46,960 nucleotides of DNA from Thermostichus sp. DRC_bins_24 (GTDB lineage Bacteria > Cyanobacteriota > Cyanobacteriia > Thermostichales > Thermostichaceae). The translations under genes and the position numbers were made by a program. Positions 1-9,811 of this stretch are shown in pieces (positions within the stretch are counted from its first letter, which is position 1; the number at the start of each line of letters is the position of its first letter). Location: NCBI GenBank assembly GCA_039794845.1, contig JAUQVK010000033.1:1-46960 (forward strand). The letters are read 5' to 3'. A model generated the notes under the pieces. That model was given only the letters and a program-made list of their open reading frames with translations. It ran no database searches and was not told the DNA's origin.

Positions 1-383
1 CGGCTATTTGAGTTTGTCCTCCATCAACAAACTTTTGCTTTCCCTAAGCTTGAGATGTATGGCGCTTTTTCACGTCTCATTTAGGACTGCTATATATTAA
101 CTTAATTACAGTATTGGCTAATCGGTGGTGGAATTGGGAAAACAAGCCCGACTTCTACCCAAAAAGTTTTTCCATTCACCTTATGATAACTGCATTCATA
201 TGTATTCTCCCCGTTGTAATTGAAATACTCTTGAGCAGACTCTTGACAGATTAAAAAAATGTCCCATAGGCTTCGAGCTTTTCTTCTGTGGAGCGCTTTT
301 CTGAACTCAGGGTTAGATTTTGTATTTGCTGGTGGCTCCCTCAAGATTGGAACCAATAATTCTCTCCAAATTTTGGAGATCTC

Positions 384-1758
384 ATGCAAGCTCTGCTCGG
401 ACTAATTCTAATTTTTCTTTTGGTGGTTCTGAGTAGCTGTGGTGCTGCCCCCAGCTCAGTTGCTATTGCTCCAATAGAGACGACATCCGCCAGAGTTGGC
501 AGGGCGGATTCTTCAGAGCCGCAAGAAATTGTGCTTGTAGAGCCAACTCTTTTATTCTCGGAAACCCGCCCCCTTAACCCAGAAAACTATTGGGTAGCCT
601 GGCAGGATCCCAACCTTGGCTATATCGCCGCCTCGCGGGTAGGTGTACCCGTTACTGTGCCCAACTATCTACCCCCAGAGGGTCGCACAGGGCGGGCGAT
701 TGTGGTTGAGCCAGTACCCCAAATCTTTTCTCCGACCGGCAACCCCCTCACCGAAGGAGCCAGTTGCCCGGTTCCTACCCCCACTCCAACTCCCGGCCCT
801 ACCCCCACCTTACCCATAAAACCTCCAGGAGAATGCACCTCAGATCGCTGCCGCAGAGCCGGTAGCTTCGGGGATCCCCACATGGGCACCTTCGATGGGC
901 TTGCCTATGACTTTCAAGCCAGTGGCGACTTTGTGCTGACACGCTCCTTGGATGGTCGTTTTGAGATTCAGGCCCGCCACACCCCCGTTACCCTTTATCC
1001 TGATGTATCTCTGAATACAGCCGTGTCTGCCCGTCTAGGGGAGCCGAGATAGCTACATCCTGGCTTGGCCCAGCCCAGAAAACAACAATGGGGATCCCGA
1101 TGATGTGCTCCGTGAAGAGCTGTTTGTCAGCCGCTTTGACTTTCTCGGAGAAGGTTTTCTGAATTTGGCAGTGGATGTTCCCTTGTCTAGTCAAGGCTCA
1201 CTGCAGGGTTTGCTGGGAGACTTCAACGGGGATCCCGATGATGATCTCAAAAGCCGTTTTGGCTCGGTGTTGACGCCGCCAGTTAGTTTCGAGCGGCTCT
1301 ATGACGAGTTTGGGGAAAGTTGGCGTGTAGATAATACTGGGTTTGAGGCCAGTCCAGCTGAGAGTGGTTCTCCGGCCCGTTTTCTGAGTGCCAGCACCCT
1401 GACTCGCAGTCAAAGGCAGGCAGCCGAACAGATCTGTCGGAATGCAGGGGTAGCAGGTTCTCTGCTCAAAGATTGCCTCCTCGATGTTGCCCTGTTGGGA
1501 AGGGTTGGGGCGATTGATGCGGGTGTTCACGAGTGGCGGCAGGGAAGCTCTGGGGACGGAGGAGTTGAATTTGCAGTGGCCTTTGTGGGTGGCCCGGGAG
1601 GAGACGGGGGATTTGATTCTCACCGATGGCTCTGGCAGGCTGCTGAGACTGACCCAGCAGGAATAGGGTGCGATGTTTTTCATGCCTCACTGGCTCAGAG
1701 GGCAAATCCAGTCCCCGTAAGTGCTGCAGGCCACCTGGGCTGGGATAAGAGGCTGTAG
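384..1758 (+). pseudogene. Fragmented VWD (von Willebrand factor type D) domain lipoprotein
   Basis: Lipobox-type signal (LLVVLSSC), Pro/Thr linker and VWD start motif GSFGDPHMGTFDGLAYDFQASGDFVL. The frame stops at 1052. The VWD continuation (SYILAWP...LQGLLGDFNGDPDDDL...FGESWRV, then C...CLLDVAL) is in another frame from about 1039, and a propeller-like fragment (LQWPLWVAREETGDLILTDGSGRLLRL) is in a third frame at about 1517-1666. Confidence 0.7.
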
Positions 1759-1861
1759 CTTTTCAATACGCTCAGCATTTCTCCTGATTGATCGGATCCC
1801 ATCCCGTGGTATGAATGTAAAGCTTCTTTAAGTTCAGCCCTGGAACCACGGATCCGAATTC

Positions 1862-2905
1862 ATGACCTTATCTTTGCCCCCACTTTCCCTGGCGCAGCAC
1901 GATACTCAGCCCATCCCAGAAAACCTCAGCACCATTCTCAAGACATTACCCCGCCAGTGCTTTGAAAAGAATCGTCGCAAAGCCTGGATCTCAGTCCTAA
2001 TTAGTGTGTTCTCCGTAGCTTTGGGCTATGCTGCCATCACCTTTCTGCCCAGCTTCCTGCTGCCCTTCTCCTGGATCTGGACGGGTACAGCGTTAACCGG
2101 GCTGTTTGTATTGGCCCACGACTGCGGACATCGCTCTTTTGCCAAGCGTCGCTGGGTGAACGACCTGGTGGGCCATGGGCTTATGTTGCCCCTGATTTAC
2201 CCCTTTCATCCCTGGCGCATTTTGCACGACCGCCATCACCGCTTTACCAATCAGCTCAAGCAAGACAATGCCTGGGAACCCTGGACAGCGGAGTCTTTCT
2301 TGGCTTGTGCACCCCTATTGCAAGGGATTTATCGAGGCTTGCGCGGCTACTTTTGGTGGCTGGGATCCATCGTTCACTGGGTAACTTTGCATTTTGATCT
2401 GCGCCAATTTTCTGAGGCAGAGCGGCCCAAAGCCCGACTCTCCATCGGGGTATGTTTGGGGTTTGCTTTGGTGTTTTTCCCGTTGCTCTTCTACTGGACG
2501 GGGTTGTGGGGCGTGGTGAAGTTCTGGCTGTTGCCCTGGTTGGTGTACCACTTTTGGATGAGCACCTTCACCCTGGTGCACCACACCGACGCAGGGATCC
2601 CGTTTCATCCCCCAGAGGCTTGGAATGCCGCGAGCGCCCAACTGACGGGAACGGTCCATTGCGACTATCCCGGCTGGGTAGAGTTTCTCTGCCACGACAT
2701 CAACGTGCACATCCCCCACCACATTTCGGTGGCCATCCCCTCCTACAATTTGCGGCTGGCCCATCGCAGCTTGGAAGAGAATTGGGGATCCCATCTGCAA
2801 AAGCGGCGTTTCTCGTGGGCATTGATGCGGGAGATTGTGCAACGGTGTCACCTCTACCATCCGCAAACCGCCTATCAATCTTTTGCCGAGATGGAACGCT
2901 CTTAA
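1862..2905 (+). CDS. desA: Acyl-lipid delta-12 (omega-6) fatty acid desaturase
   Basis: Three His boxes HDCGH, HDRHH and HIPHH, the [12 protein letters not shown] motif, and TM segments typical of cyanobacterial DesA. Confidence 0.85.
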   Translation: MTLSLPPLSLAQHDTQPIPENLSTILKTLPRQCFEKNRRKAWISVLISVFSVALGYAAITFLPSFLLPFSWIWTGTALTGLFVLAHDCGHRSFAKRRWVNDLVGHGLMLPLIYPFHPWRILHDRHHRFTNQLKQDNAWEPWTAESFLACAPLLQGIYRGLRGYFWWLGSIVHWVTLHFDLRQFSEAERPKARLSIGVCLGFALVFFPLLFYWTGLWGVVKFWLLPWLVYHFWMSTFTLVHHTDAGIPFHPPEAWNAASAQLTGTVHCDYPGWVEFLCHDINVHIPHHISVAIPSYNLRLAHRSLEENWGSHLQKRRFSWALMREIVQRCHLYHPQTAYQSFAEMERS

Positions 2906-2932
2906 GCCGGTTCAACTCTCGAATAAGAGGAC

Positions 2933-4138
2933 TTAATCCCGACAGAGGGATCCGATGCGGCCCTGACAGGTGGCGATTTCCTCGGCACTGAGGCTGTCCC
3001 AGCTTACGTCTCGACGCAGCACCAAACCGTTGTGGCCCGTGATGAAGCGGGGCAGTTCCGCCTGCTCGATCACGCTGAGATCCCGCATGTGATAGGTGGT
3101 GTAGTAGGTAATGTCGGGGGTAGCAAAATCCACATCCACCACGGTGATCGTTTTGCGCGGGGGCAGCGGGCTGTCCAGGAGGGGGCGAGGCCCGGAGCCG
3201 AGAATACCGCAGTGGAGCAGTTGCAGTTGCCCTTTGTGGCCGGGGTAGTAGCCGTGGTGGTGGCCGCTGATGTAGGTGTGAACGCGATACTTCTCCAACA
3301 TGGCGCGTTTGGCATCCGCCTCGAGCAGCACCTCTCCGGGGTCGTTGCGCCCGACGGTGATGGCGTAGAGGGGCAAGTGCCCGATGACGATGCGCAGTTT
3401 GGCCGCTTGGGCCCGTTCGCTGGCCAGTGCTGCCTCCGCCCATTCCAGTTGCTCGGGCGGGATGTAATTGCAGGTGGCATCCCAGGTTAGGTAGAATACA
3501 TCGTCTTTCTCAAAGGTGTAGTAGAAGGGGAAATCCCCCCGATCCACAAAGTTCAAGCCCGGATCATGGGCCGGATCATTCCAAAATTCACGGGCCAGAT
3601 CCCGTTCTTTCTGAAAGAGAAATCCGCCCCGCGTGCTGCGGGCACAAGAGGCGTCGTGGTTGCCCAGGGTAAAGCCGTAGGGAAGATTGGCCGCTCGAAT
3701 CGGGCCTGCCACATGCCGGTCAAACGCCGCCCACATGGCCCGGATGCGTTCTTCCGAAAGGCGGGGATCCTGCCCGGCCACCATATCCCCTCCCCCCAGC
3801 ACAATATCCGGCTGAAAATAAGGAATTAGGCCAATGCCCCGATCCACCTCTGGGTCGTACTCCACCGAGCCATAGGCTGCGTTCATGTCGCTAATCACCA
3901 ACAGCCGCAAATCCCGGCGGGCCGGAATGTAAAGGCCATTGGGGGCCTGTGGATGGGGGACAACCGTGGCGGTCGGTACAGGGGTGGGTGGGGGTGGGGC
4001 AACCGTAGGGGATCCCGTCGCTTGAGCCACCGGAAGGGGTGAGGAAGCCGATTGCTGCCGACTGCCCAGATAGGCACCCGCCAATCCACTGCCCCCCGCC
4101 AGGCCCAACAAGCCCAACACCAGTTTGCGCCGCTGCAT
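2933..4138 (-). CDS. Secreted calcineurin-like metallophosphoesterase with twin-arginine-type signal
   Basis: Motifs SDMN, GGGDMV, GNHD, GHLP and SGHHH. Start moved to ATG 4138 (MQRRKLVLGLLGLAGG, RR signal), followed by a Pro-rich linker. Confidence 0.85.
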   Translation of the reverse strand: MQRRKLVLGLLGLAGGSGLAGAYLGSRQQSASSPLPVAQATGSPTVAPPPPTPVPTATVVPHPQAPNGLYIPARRDLRLLVISDMNAAYGSVEYDPEVDRGIGLIPYFQPDIVLGGGDMVAGQDPRLSEERIRAMWAAFDRHVAGPIRAANLPYGFTLGNHDASCARSTRGGFLFQKERDLAREFWNDPAHDPGLNFVDRGDFPFYYTFEKDDVFYLTWDATCNYIPPEQLEWAEAALASERAQAAKLRIVIGHLPLYAITVGRNDPGEVLLEADAKRAMLEKYRVHTYISGHHHGYYPGHKGQLQLLHCGILGSGPRPLLDSPLPPRKTITVVDVDFATPDITYYTTYHMRDLSVIEQAELPRFITGHNGLVLRRDVSWDSLSAEEIATCQGRIGSLCRD

Positions 4139-4567
4139 AACGCTCTCTTCTCCCCAACGCTCCAGGGGTATTGTAGAAAACGGATCCCAACCTGGCGAAT
4201 CGAACAGGGGTGTGGTGGGCAAGTTTGTAGGGATATCCAAGAGGAGGATGAGAAGACTTTCAGCCCACATGGCCCCATCATTTAGGGCAGACCCAGTTAG
4301 CGCTTTTTCCAACTTCACAAGGGATCAGAGACGGCTGAGAATCCCTGTCAGACAGGAGATTAACCTGTGCGTGCTGGAGTAGGCAAAGGACTTTGCCCCG
4401 CTGCAGAAGGTGCGCGAAAAGGCTGTGTCGCGGATTGTCCAGTAGAGTCAAAACAGTTTCTCTTGGAGGGATTCAACGCCCCAGAAAATTAGAAGCAAGC
4501 GAGTTTCCACAGATTTCGACATATTAAGGTATGTTTCTCTCTGAGTTTTAATGCTAGTCTAGAACTA

Positions 4568-4605
4568 ATAGGTAATTGCCTATCTCAGACTTAGTATGAC
4601 TTGAG
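4568..4605. promoter_or_regulatory. Candidate operator region upstream of furC/perR
   Basis: Near-perfect palindrome ATAGGTAATTGCCTAT (4568-4583), followed by imperfect dyad CTCAGACTTAGTATGACTTGAG just before the start codon, in an AT-rich intergenic region. Confidence 0.35.
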
Positions 4606-4613
4606 GTTGTCCC

Positions 4614-5048
4614 ATGCCTCGCCCACTGGATTCGTTGGAAGCTGCTTTGGAGCGTTGCCGTGAATGCAATTTGCGCCTAAGCCGACAGCGTCGCTACATT
4701 CTGGAGCTGTTGTGGCAGTGTGGCGAGCATCTCTCCGCCCGTGAAATCTACGACCGCCTTAACCAGCAGGGCAAGTCAATTGGTCACACCTCTGTTTACC
4801 AAAATCTGGAAGCACTGGCCAGTCATAACGTTGTCGAGTGTTTGGATCGGGCGGAAGGCCGCCGCTACGGCAACCGCACCCACCCTCATAGCCATGTCAA
4901 CTGCCTGGATAGTAACCGCATTTTGGATGTGGACGTCAGCCTACCCCCCGAGTTGTTGGCCCAGGTGGAGCAGCAAACAGGCACCCAAATCCAGAGCTAC
5001 CGCATCGAGTTTTTCGGGGTCGAGGGAGAGAGCGCTCCGAGTAGCTGA
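4614..5048 (+). CDS. furC: Fur-family transcriptional regulator, cyanobacterial FurC/PerR clade
   Basis: SRQRRYILELLW..EHLSAREIYDRLNQQGKSIGHTSVYQNLEAL and HSHVNCLD match the Anabaena FurC-type sequence. The CxxC pairs are absent. Confidence 0.8.
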   Translation: MPRPLDSLEAALERCRECNLRLSRQRRYILELLWQCGEHLSAREIYDRLNQQGKSIGHTSVYQNLEALASHNVVECLDRAEGRRYGNRTHPHSHVNCLDSNRILDVDVSLPPELLAQVEQQTGTQIQSYRIEFFGVEGESAPSS

Positions 5049-5071
5049 AGGTCTGACGCCGGAATGGGGAT

Positions 5072-5107
5072 TCAGAATACTTATCAGAATACTTATCAGA
5101 ATACTTA
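5072..5107. repeat. Perfect tandem repeat (TCAGAATACTTA)x3
   Basis: Three exact 12-bp copies plus a degenerate fourth, located between convergent genes. Confidence 0.95.
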
Positions 5108-5120
5108 GCTGAATATCTGC

Positions 5121-7220
5121 TCAAGCCCGGTTCTGGCCTTTGCCGATCTGCGATTGTACCTGCTCCAAGGAATGAGCCGGAGCTAGGCATTTGGTGCCCC
5201 AACACACCAGTCCCACAGCGCCTTCTGGCAGGGGATCCGTCTCTGGCGGGAGGGCGAATACAGTAGTAGGCCAAGGTTTTTGTTGACAGGCGGAGATGTA
5301 TTCTGCTGCCAAAGTCACCTTGACCCAATTGGCATACCAATCCAGTCCGGCAAATAGGCTTGGACAAGAGCGCGGTTGAGTGCTCATGGTGTGGCCGAAG
5401 GTTTTCAGGCTTTGTTCTGCTCGTTCCAAATAGTCGAGATCCCCGGTGATGGCGCCAAGGCGAACCAAATTGGCGATGGCGATGCCATTGGCAGCAGGGG
5501 TGGCATTGTCCTGAAAGTCTTTCTCTCGCACCAGCAGCTCAGGCGCACTCTCGGGGTCGCTCACAAAATATCCTCCCGCCACCGGATCCCATAGTTGAGC
5601 GTCCATTTCCCGTTGTAGAGCAACAGCCGCCTCCAGCCAAAATTCAGGGGAGGGATCCCCCAGCAGGGGCAGACAAGCTTGGTGCAAGTCCAGCAGGGCT
5701 TTGATCAGCAGCGCATAGTCTTCGGATTTGGCCGGAACCTCGGCTGTGCCGTCGTAGTTTACCCGCAGCAGGGATCCCGTTTCTGGATGGCGTTGCTGCT
5801 TGAGGATAAACTGAGCCGCCCGCAGCGCCAAATGCAGATACTCCTCCCGGCCAAACACCTGGTAAGCCCGAGCCAACCCTGAGATCATCAGGCCATTCCA
5901 AGACACAATCATCTTCGTATCCGTCACCGGCGGGATCCGCCCCGGCCAAGGGTGAAGGCGGGCCGATTGCGCATCCACAGCGGGTGGAAAAGGCACCTGG
6001 TGTTCCTGGCCGTAGCGGGCTTGAAAAAGCTGAGTTCGCAAAGCCGTTTCCACGGCCTCCGGCAATTCCCCCCCTTCTTTGCGCTGCAAAACGATATAGC
6101 CCGGTCGATCCCGGAAATTTCCCCCCGGCGACAACTCAAATGCCTGCTGCAGCGCCCGAAAGCCTTCGTCCCCCAACAGCTCCTGCAACTCCTGCCAGCG
6201 CCAGATGTAAAATTCCCCTTCCTCTGGCTCTCGACTCTGAGGTTGGGCAAAGCTATCTGCATCCTGAGCGGCATAAAAATACCCCTCGGGGGCCGTCATC
6301 TCCCGCGCCACCCACTCCACCGTCAACTGCACCGCCCGTTGAATGGCGGCATCTTGGATCCCGTGGGCCCACAGCTCCGAGAGAAACTCCAGAATCTGCC
6401 CATTGTCGTAAAGCATCTTTTCAAAGTGGGGCACAGTCCAGGTGGCATCAACGGTGTAGCGGTGAAACCCACCCGCCACATGATCAAAAATTCCCCCTAA
6501 CACCAAGGCCATACCCCGCTCTTTGGCCCGCCCCAATGCCGTCTCTGAACCCGGGATCCCTTCGGACGGCTCAAATCGTGCCGAACGCAACACCAACTGG
6601 GCATAGGGCATCATCGGGAACTGTTGCACAGATCCGGCATTCGACACCAAAGGCTGAATTTTTTGGATCCCGGAGCGCAGCAAATCGGCGGGAATATCGT
6701 CCTCTGGCACCAACTCGCTGATGGTGGTGAGAGCCGCCAAAATTTGGCCTTTCATATCTTCGATTTTGTCTTTTTCCTGTCGATAAAACTGCAGGATTCG
6801 TTGCAGTAAAGCCAGGAACCCCGGACGACCAAAGCGCGGCTCCACCGGGAAGTAGGTACCCGCATAAAACGGTACCAGGTCAGTTGGAGTGAGAAACACA
6901 TTCAGGGGCCATCCCCCTTGTCCGCTCATCAACTGCAGCGTTTGCATGTAAATGCTGTCGAGGTCGGGACGCTCTTCCCGGTCTACTTTGATCGGCAGAA
7001 AATGCGCATTCAAATAGGCAGCAATGTCAGGGTTGGAGAAAGCCTCCCCCTCCATAACAGTGCACCAGTGGCAGCTGGAGTAGCCAATCGAGAGAAAAAT
7101 CGGCTTATCCTCAGCACGGGCTTTCTCTAGGGCCTCCGGGATCCAAGGCCACCAATCCACCGGGTTCTCGGCGTGCTTGCGCAAGTAGAGGCTGGGGCTA
7201 GTGGCGAGGCGATTGGTCAT
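5121..7220 (-). CDS. Thioredoxin-domain protein, YyaL/SPATA20 (DUF255) family
   Basis: N-terminal NRLA..SLYLRKHAENPVDWWPW, GYSSCHWCTVMEGEAF, KVDREERPD, GGFHRYTVD and PHFEKMLYDN. ATG at 7220. Confidence 0.92.
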   Translation of the reverse strand: MTNRLATSPSLYLRKHAENPVDWWPWIPEALEKARAEDKPIFLSIGYSSCHWCTVMEGEAFSNPDIAAYLNAHFLPIKVDREERPDLDSIYMQTLQLMSGQGGWPLNVFLTPTDLVPFYAGTYFPVEPRFGRPGFLALLQRILQFYRQEKDKIEDMKGQILAALTTISELVPEDDIPADLLRSGIQKIQPLVSNAGSVQQFPMMPYAQLVLRSARFEPSEGIPGSETALGRAKERGMALVLGGIFDHVAGGFHRYTVDATWTVPHFEKMLYDNGQILEFLSELWAHGIQDAAIQRAVQLTVEWVAREMTAPEGYFYAAQDADSFAQPQSREPEEGEFYIWRWQELQELLGDEGFRALQQAFELSPGGNFRDRPGYIVLQRKEGGELPEAVETALRTQLFQARYGQEHQVPFPPAVDAQSARLHPWPGRIPPVTDTKMIVSWNGLMISGLARAYQVFGREEYLHLALRAAQFILKQQRHPETGSLLRVNYDGTAEVPAKSEDYALLIKALLDLHQACLPLLGDPSPEFWLEAAVALQREMDAQLWDPVAGGYFVSDPESAPELLVREKDFQDNATPAANGIAIANLVRLGAITGDLDYLERAEQSLKTFGHTMSTQPRSCPSLFAGLDWYANWVKVTLAAEYISACQQKPWPTTVFALPPETDPLPEGAVGLVCWGTKCLAPAHSLEQVQSQIGKGQNRA

Positions 7221-7337
7221 AGACACACCGATCTGTGCTTTTAAGCTAGCGCGTCCTCCTGCAGAGGCCGAACCAACTGTTGTTCAAGATACACTTTTTG
7301 CCATCCATCCGTGCCCAAGCCTCAGGGATTCCCGAGT

Positions 7338-7841
7338 TCAGGCTTGCTGTTCTTCGGTGACCGGGGTCAGGAACTCGAGGGAGCGCCCGTGCAAAACCAA
7401 GGTGGTGCTGGTGTTTTCCACAAAGCCAATTCGTTCGTAAAAGCCCTGTTGATGGGTGGTAAACAGGTAAACCCGCTCCACCGACTGTAGGTGAGGATGG
7501 CTAATCAGGGTTTCCACCAACTTCCGCCCGATGCCCTGACGACGGTAATCGTGATCAACAACGATATCCCAGATGACGGCCCGATAGACACCATCGGAGG
7601 TGGCCCGTCCAAAGCCGATCAATCGCGCTCCGTCCCAAACGCTGACCACCGGGTGGCTGTGGGCAATGGCCTGTTCCATTTGCTCCCGCTGGCGATTCTG
7701 GGCCCAAAAGGCGTTGCGGTTAAACAGGGGGAGGAGTTGATCCAGATCCAGCTCGGCACGATCCAAAGAAAAGCGAATGTTGCGGTTATCGACGGGTTGC
7801 TGGGGGAGGGCAGCCATCGGCTCAAGCAAAGGATCCAACAT
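7338..7841 (-). CDS. GNAT-family N-acetyltransferase (Ycf52/NSI-like)
   Basis: LIGFGRATSDGVYRAVIWDIVV, acetyl-CoA motif YRRQGIGRKL and FYERIGF. Confidence 0.85.
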   Translation of the reverse strand: MLDPLLEPMAALPQQPVDNRNIRFSLDRAELDLDQLLPLFNRNAFWAQNRQREQMEQAIAHSHPVVSVWDGARLIGFGRATSDGVYRAVIWDIVVDHDYRRQGIGRKLVETLISHPHLQSVERVYLFTTHQQGFYERIGFVENTSTTLVLHGRSLEFLTPVTEEQQA

Positions 7842-7900
7842 GAAACGAACCTTCCGGGCTTAAGAATGGAATGTTAACCACTAACTGTCAAGAATTGGGG

Positions 7901-8368
7901 CTAACCAGCGGGGGCATTTTCGGGGGTCGGCTCAGGGTGTTCTAGGGCATAGGCTTTGAAGCGTTCCAGATCCGCCTGAATCGTGCTCTCCACTACTTTG
8001 CCCACAAACAACCCATCCAAAATTTTGCCAATAATCCCCGGGATCATGTAAGAGACCGACAACTTGACGATGGTGCTGCCTTTGCGATCGTAAAACCGCA
8101 AAGCGCCCCGATTGGGCAGTCCCTCCACCGAGTTCCAGCCGATGTGCTGGTATTTCACCACCGTATGGGTCCGGGAGATCCAACTGAAGGTAAGGCCGCG
8201 GGTGTCCAGCGTCCAACGGGACAATTCCTCATCCAACAGTTCCACAGAACGGATCCACTTCATCCAGTGGGGCATGAGGGAGAGGTTGGCCCACAAGTTC
8301 CAAACCTGCTCGATGGGTACAGGCACCTCCACCTGGCAAGTGTGCTCTAACCAATCTGACTCGGACAT
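7901..8368 (-). CDS. SRPBCC/START-fold cyclase-dehydrase family protein
   Basis: WLEHT..VEV..PIEQVWNLW...MPHWMKWI and GLPNRGALRFYDR...QADLERFK, a conserved cyanobacterial form. ATG at 8368. Confidence 0.85.
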   Translation of the reverse strand: MSESDWLEHTCQVEVPVPIEQVWNLWANLSLMPHWMKWIRSVELLDEELSRWTLDTRGLTFSWISRTHTVVKYQHIGWNSVEGLPNRGALRFYDRKGSTIVKLSVSYMIPGIIGKILDGLFVGKVVESTIQADLERFKAYALEHPEPTPENAPAG

Positions 8369-8580
8369 AGGGCCTCGCACTCGCAATCCAGCAACATCTG
8401 TCGGTATCGGCAGAGGGGGCCACCGGGCGGGATCCCTGCCTTTACAAAATTTTATATCGACCTAAGATAACATTATCGGCCTATGGAAAGTCTGGGGATC
8501 TGTGCTTTTCGGCAGCTCCATGTCCTTTCTAGGCAAGTTGCGGTTTATACCCCTAAGAGCAGAGGCAGAATCCGGATATC

Positions 8581-9444
8581 ATGGTTGCCATCTGCAAGCC
8601 CCACTTGCATAGGCTTAGTGCACCCTCTCGCTTGACGCAACGGAACGACCTCACCATGGTTTCACACTGGAAACAGCATCTCAAGAACTATTTTGTGGCG
8701 GGGTTGCTGGTGGTGATCCCGTTGGCAACCACCATTTGGCTGACGGTGGAGGTGGCCACCTGGACCATCGGCTTTCTGACCAGCATTCCCAAGCAATTTA
8801 ATCCGATCCAGGGGCTGCACCCAATTTTGATCAATTTGATCGATTTGGGGGTGGGCTTGTTTACGCCGATCCTGTTCATTTTGTTGATTGGCTTTATGGC
8901 CCGCAACATTGTCGGCCAGTGGCTGCTCAACCTGAGCGAACAGCTGTTACATGCCATTCCGGTGGCGGGGTTGGTCTACAAAACCCTGAAGCAACTGCTC
9001 AGTGTCCTGTTTGCCCCCAACAATCAGCGCTTCCGGCGGGTGGTGCTGGTGGAATATCCGCGTCCCGGCGTTTGGGCTTTGGCCTTTGTTACGGGTACGG
9101 TACAAACTCCGATTCGACCGGATGGGCCCCAACGCTCTCTCAGTATTTTCGTGCCTACCACCCCCAACCCCACCACCGGCTGGTACGCCATCGTACCGGA
9201 AGAGCAAACGGTGGAGGTGTTTATGCCTGTTGAGGATGCCTTTAAGATGCTGATCTCCGGCGGCATTGTCACTCCCGAAAGTTTTGAAGCAGGGCTGCAG
9301 CGACGAGAAGGGGCTTTGGCGGTTACATTGCCCAATTTGCGGGATTTGGTGGACCAGGAGCGGGCGACGGGATCCCACATGGCTGACTCGATAGCTCCAT
9401 CAATAGCCCCAGAGGTGGGCTTTGAGACCGATCGGGCTGTGTAG
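8581..9444 (+). CDS. DUF502 (COV1-like) membrane protein
   Basis: AGLLVVIPLATTIW, VLVEYPR.G.W..AFVT and FVPTTPNPTTGW. An alternative start exists at 8656. Confidence 0.88.
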   Translation: MVAICKPHLHRLSAPSRLTQRNDLTMVSHWKQHLKNYFVAGLLVVIPLATTIWLTVEVATWTIGFLTSIPKQFNPIQGLHPILINLIDLGVGLFTPILFILLIGFMARNIVGQWLLNLSEQLLHAIPVAGLVYKTLKQLLSVLFAPNNQRFRRVVLVEYPRPGVWALAFVTGTVQTPIRPDGPQRSLSIFVPTTPNPTTGWYAIVPEEQTVEVFMPVEDAFKMLISGGIVTPESFEAGLQRREGALAVTLPNLRDLVDQERATGSHMADSIAPSIAPEVGFETDRAV

Positions 9445-9479
9445 CCGTAACCACAGTCCATAAAATCAAGGGATACCGG

Positions 9480-9806
9480 TCAGCCCTCTTGCCCGGCCTG
9501 GGGAGCTTGCCAGAGCTGATATTCCTTGGCCTGTTCCAGATGCACGTAAAAAGGCTGCATCTCTCGATCCAAAGCCTCCACTTGTTCAGGCGGGAAAGCT
9601 TTCCAGTCGGCACGGCTCGACCAGTGAATGATGATGTGGATCAGCTCCGGATCCTCTTTATCCAGCCAGACTTCTTTGCGCAAGAAGCCGGGATGATTGC
9701 GCAGAGGGGATCCCCAAATGCGTGCGTCCTGTTCGAGAAATTCCGCTTGGCCACCGGGGGGAACCCGAAAGCAGAGGTGTTCGATGGCAATCGGCTGGGT
9801 TGACAT
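9480..9806 (-). CDS. ABM-like dimeric alpha/beta barrel protein (TIGR03792-type cyanobacterial protein)
   Basis: IEHLCFRVP...FLEQDARIW...PGFLRKEVWL...IIIHWSSRADWK. Confidence 0.72.
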   Translation of the reverse strand: MSTQPIAIEHLCFRVPPGGQAEFLEQDARIWGSPLRNHPGFLRKEVWLDKEDPELIHIIIHWSSRADWKAFPPEQVEALDREMQPFYVHLEQAKEYQLWQAPQAGQEG

Positions 9807-9811
9807 GAGGG

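Noticed and set aside
102..389. 95-aa minus-strand ORF
   Set aside because: No recognisable motif, it overlaps the start of the VWD gene, and the plus-strand fragments look more protein-like.
5072..5118. Repeats as a mini-CRISPR array
   Set aside because: The 12-bp units are directly adjacent with no spacers, and there are no cas genes.
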